Origin: an uncultured Nitrospinaceae bacterium
GTDB lineage: Bacteria > UBA8248
Length of the DNA: 26,827 nucleotides
Assembly: GCA_964005815.1 (NCBI GenBank)
Contig: CAXFSR010000061.1
Span: forward strand, 1-26,827
Direction: 5' to 3'
Below, piece after piece: positions 25,257-26,827 of this stretch; position 1 is the first letter of the stretch; every line of letters starts with the position of its first letter. The notes beneath the pieces are model-generated. The model did not search any database. It saw nothing but the letters and a program-made list of their open reading frames with translations, and was not told the DNA's origin. The translations under genes were made by a program, and so were the position numbers.

Positions 25257-25988
25257 TTAGATTTCTATAACAAGAAGAATTGCAGAAACAATCATAATAA
25301 GAATTGCAGTTCCATAAATTATTTTATTCCCCAAAAACTTTATTAAAATTCTCCCCACGCAAAAACCTACTATTGCTGGAAGTATTCCAATCAAAGATTC
25401 TGTAATAATCTCCTTGTTAAATTGGCCCATTCCACTTAGTGCTCCTACTTGGACTATGGAAAAGAACAGAGTTGTAATGTATAAGATTTTGATGAGTTCT
25501 GTTTTTTTGATTTCTAAGCTGTCAAGAAACATGACGCATAAAGCACTTCCTGTATAAGAAATACCACTAAACCATCCACCAAAAAATCCTGCAAAGTAGG
25601 TGAAAAAAATCTCATCTCTCATGTCTAGATGTATCCGAAGTTTTGAAATGCTATGAATGGCGAGAAGAAGAACGATCAAAGCAACGAAATATTTGATAAA
25701 TGTATCGGGAAATGCAACAAAGGAAATTACTCCAAGTATAGTTCCTAAACTTCCTGCACCTATAAATGGAAGGTATCTCTTGACTGACATTAGAGATATT
25801 CCAACATATGTAGAACGAAGCAACATGAGTGCTAGATTTGGAATTGCAAGGTAGATAATTGATTTCTTGATTCCTATAAACGCTCCGAGGGTTGGAACGG
25901 CAAGAAGAGCAAAATCAAACCCGATTGCACCTTCGAAAACCGAAGAAAGAAAGATTATGAGAGTTTTTTCCCATTCGATTGTTAGCAT
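25257..25988 (-). CDS. TauE/SafE family sulfite exporter-like membrane protein
   Basis: About 8 hydrophobic segments; G..GF.FALLAVP N-terminal motif and AGFFGG.FSG..G internal repeat. Confidence 0.75.
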   Translation of the reverse strand: MLTIEWEKTLIIFLSSVFEGAIGFDFALLAVPTLGAFIGIKKSIIYLAIPNLALMLLRSTYVGISLMSVKRYLPFIGAGSLGTILGVISFVAFPDTFIKYFVALIVLLLAIHSISKLRIHLDMRDEIFFTYFAGFFGGWFSGISYTGSALCVMFLDSLEIKKTELIKILYITTLFFSIVQVGALSGMGQFNKEIITESLIGILPAIVGFCVGRILIKFLGNKIIYGTAILIMIVSAILLVIEI

Positions 25989-26012
25989 GACTATTTTTTC
26001 TATCAGAAAAAT

Positions 26013-26827
26013 TTATAGGTTAAGAATTGTTTGGGCATTTCTGTGAGTAATATTTTCATATTCTTCATTACTTAGCCCTGCATTTTCTAGTGTTTTCACT
26101 ATTTGCTCATCTGTCATATCATACGGTAAATCAGTTCCAAGCATGATTCTATCATCTCCTATAAGATCTACGAGAAATCGAACTACAGGTGAGTGAAATA
26201 ATAAACAGTCGAAGAAAAAATTCGATTTCATATATTCAAGAGGAGATTTTTGTATGTTTTGACATTCTTTTCTTACCTTCCAGCCATGCATAAACCTTCC
26301 AGCAAGATACGGTGCGGTTCCACCACCATGCAAAAAGATAAATTTTAAATCAGGTAGACGATCAAAAATCCCTGAAAAAATAAGTCTTCCAATACTATTT
26401 GCACTTTCTGTTGTAAAACCAACTAAATTGAACAAATAATAATCTTTCATCTCTGACATCCCTGCTGGGTTTGCAGGGTGAACAATGATCGGAACCTTCA
26501 AAGATGCAGCCTTTTCGTATATAGGGAAAAAACATTCATGATCTAAATACCTACCGTTTACATTTGTCCCTAAAAAACCACCTTTTAAACCAAGTTCTTT
26601 CACACTCCGTTCGAGCTCTGCAGATGAAAGATTTCCATCTTGGGCAGGAAGAGCGGCAAACCCTGCAAATTTATCGGGTCTTTCCTTGATAATTTTTGCA
26701 TAGGCATTATTGGATACTTTGCATAACTCATTTGCTAGTTCGGAGTCAGCCCAATATACGCCTGGATTTGAGGAAAAAGACAGGATATTCATATCTAGCC
26801 CCATTTCTTGCATTTTTTCTAGTCTCA
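26013..26827 (-). CDS. Amidohydrolase-2 family protein (ACMSD/aromatic decarboxylase-like), 5'-truncated by the window edge
   Basis: F.GFAALP, ELER.V.ELGL.G, IIVHP, GIFDR.P.LK....HGGG..PY..GR, LGTD.PY. The frame stays open to the window end (...RLEKMQEMG). Confidence 0.88.
   Translation of the reverse strand, partial: RLEKMQEMGLDMNILSFSSNPGVYWADSELANELCKVSNNAYAKIIKERPDKFAGFAALPAQDGNLSSAELERSVKELGLKGGFLGTNVNGRYLDHECFFPIYEKAASLKVPIIVHPANPAGMSEMKDYYLFNLVGFTTESANSIGRLIFSGIFDRLPDLKFIFLHGGGTAPYLAGRFMHGWKVRKECQNIQKSPLEYMKSNFFFDCLLFHSPVVRFLVDLIGDDRIMLGTDLPYDMTDEQIVKTLENAGLSNEEYENITHRNAQTILNL

Noticed and set aside
4247..25854. Short ORFs in the track overlapping larger genes (4247, 5490, 6115, 9642, 10759, 11441, 11544, 13351, 13730, 17330, 18533, 21989, 22377, 25657)
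   Set aside because: Antisense or alternate-frame shadows of well-supported genes, with no recognisable motifs.
1..26827. Mobile elements, prophage, defence systems, tRNA/rRNA, selenocysteine readthrough
   Set aside because: No transposase, integrase, nuclease-effector or structural-RNA signatures were seen, and the TGA-ending genes end where their families normally end.

Overview
AT-rich, gene-dense bacterial chromosomal segment, probably from a diderm (it carries kdsD and amgK/nagZ peptidoglycan-recycling genes). No rRNA, tRNA, CRISPR array or mobile element was seen. Left to right: the 3' end of an AT-hook-containing gene, a CaiB/BaiF CoA-transferase, a small membrane protein, a PuuD-like C26 hydrolase and an atypical YchF. 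Next is a tightly packed 7-gene minus-strand operon (TIM-barrel isomerase/epimerase, AmgK, two GNATs, MshA-like glycosyltransferase, PIG-L deacetylase, NagZ) that looks like a mycothiol-type glycoside pathway nested within cell-wall recycling genes. Divergent from it, via overlapping promoters, is a 6-gene plus-strand enzyme cluster of unknown function (DddP-like M24 metalloenzyme, DRE-TIM LeuA-like enzyme, two Zn-dependent dehydrogenases, two paralogous bicupins). The rest is nfuA, an SDR coupled to an ATP-grasp ligase, a HAD-IIA gene whose catalytic motif lies upstream of any canonical start codon, yebC-ruvCAB plus DUF2905, kdsD, a TauE/SafE exporter and a truncated ACMSD-like amidohydrolase. 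All calls come from motif recognition by eye; no database searches were run.
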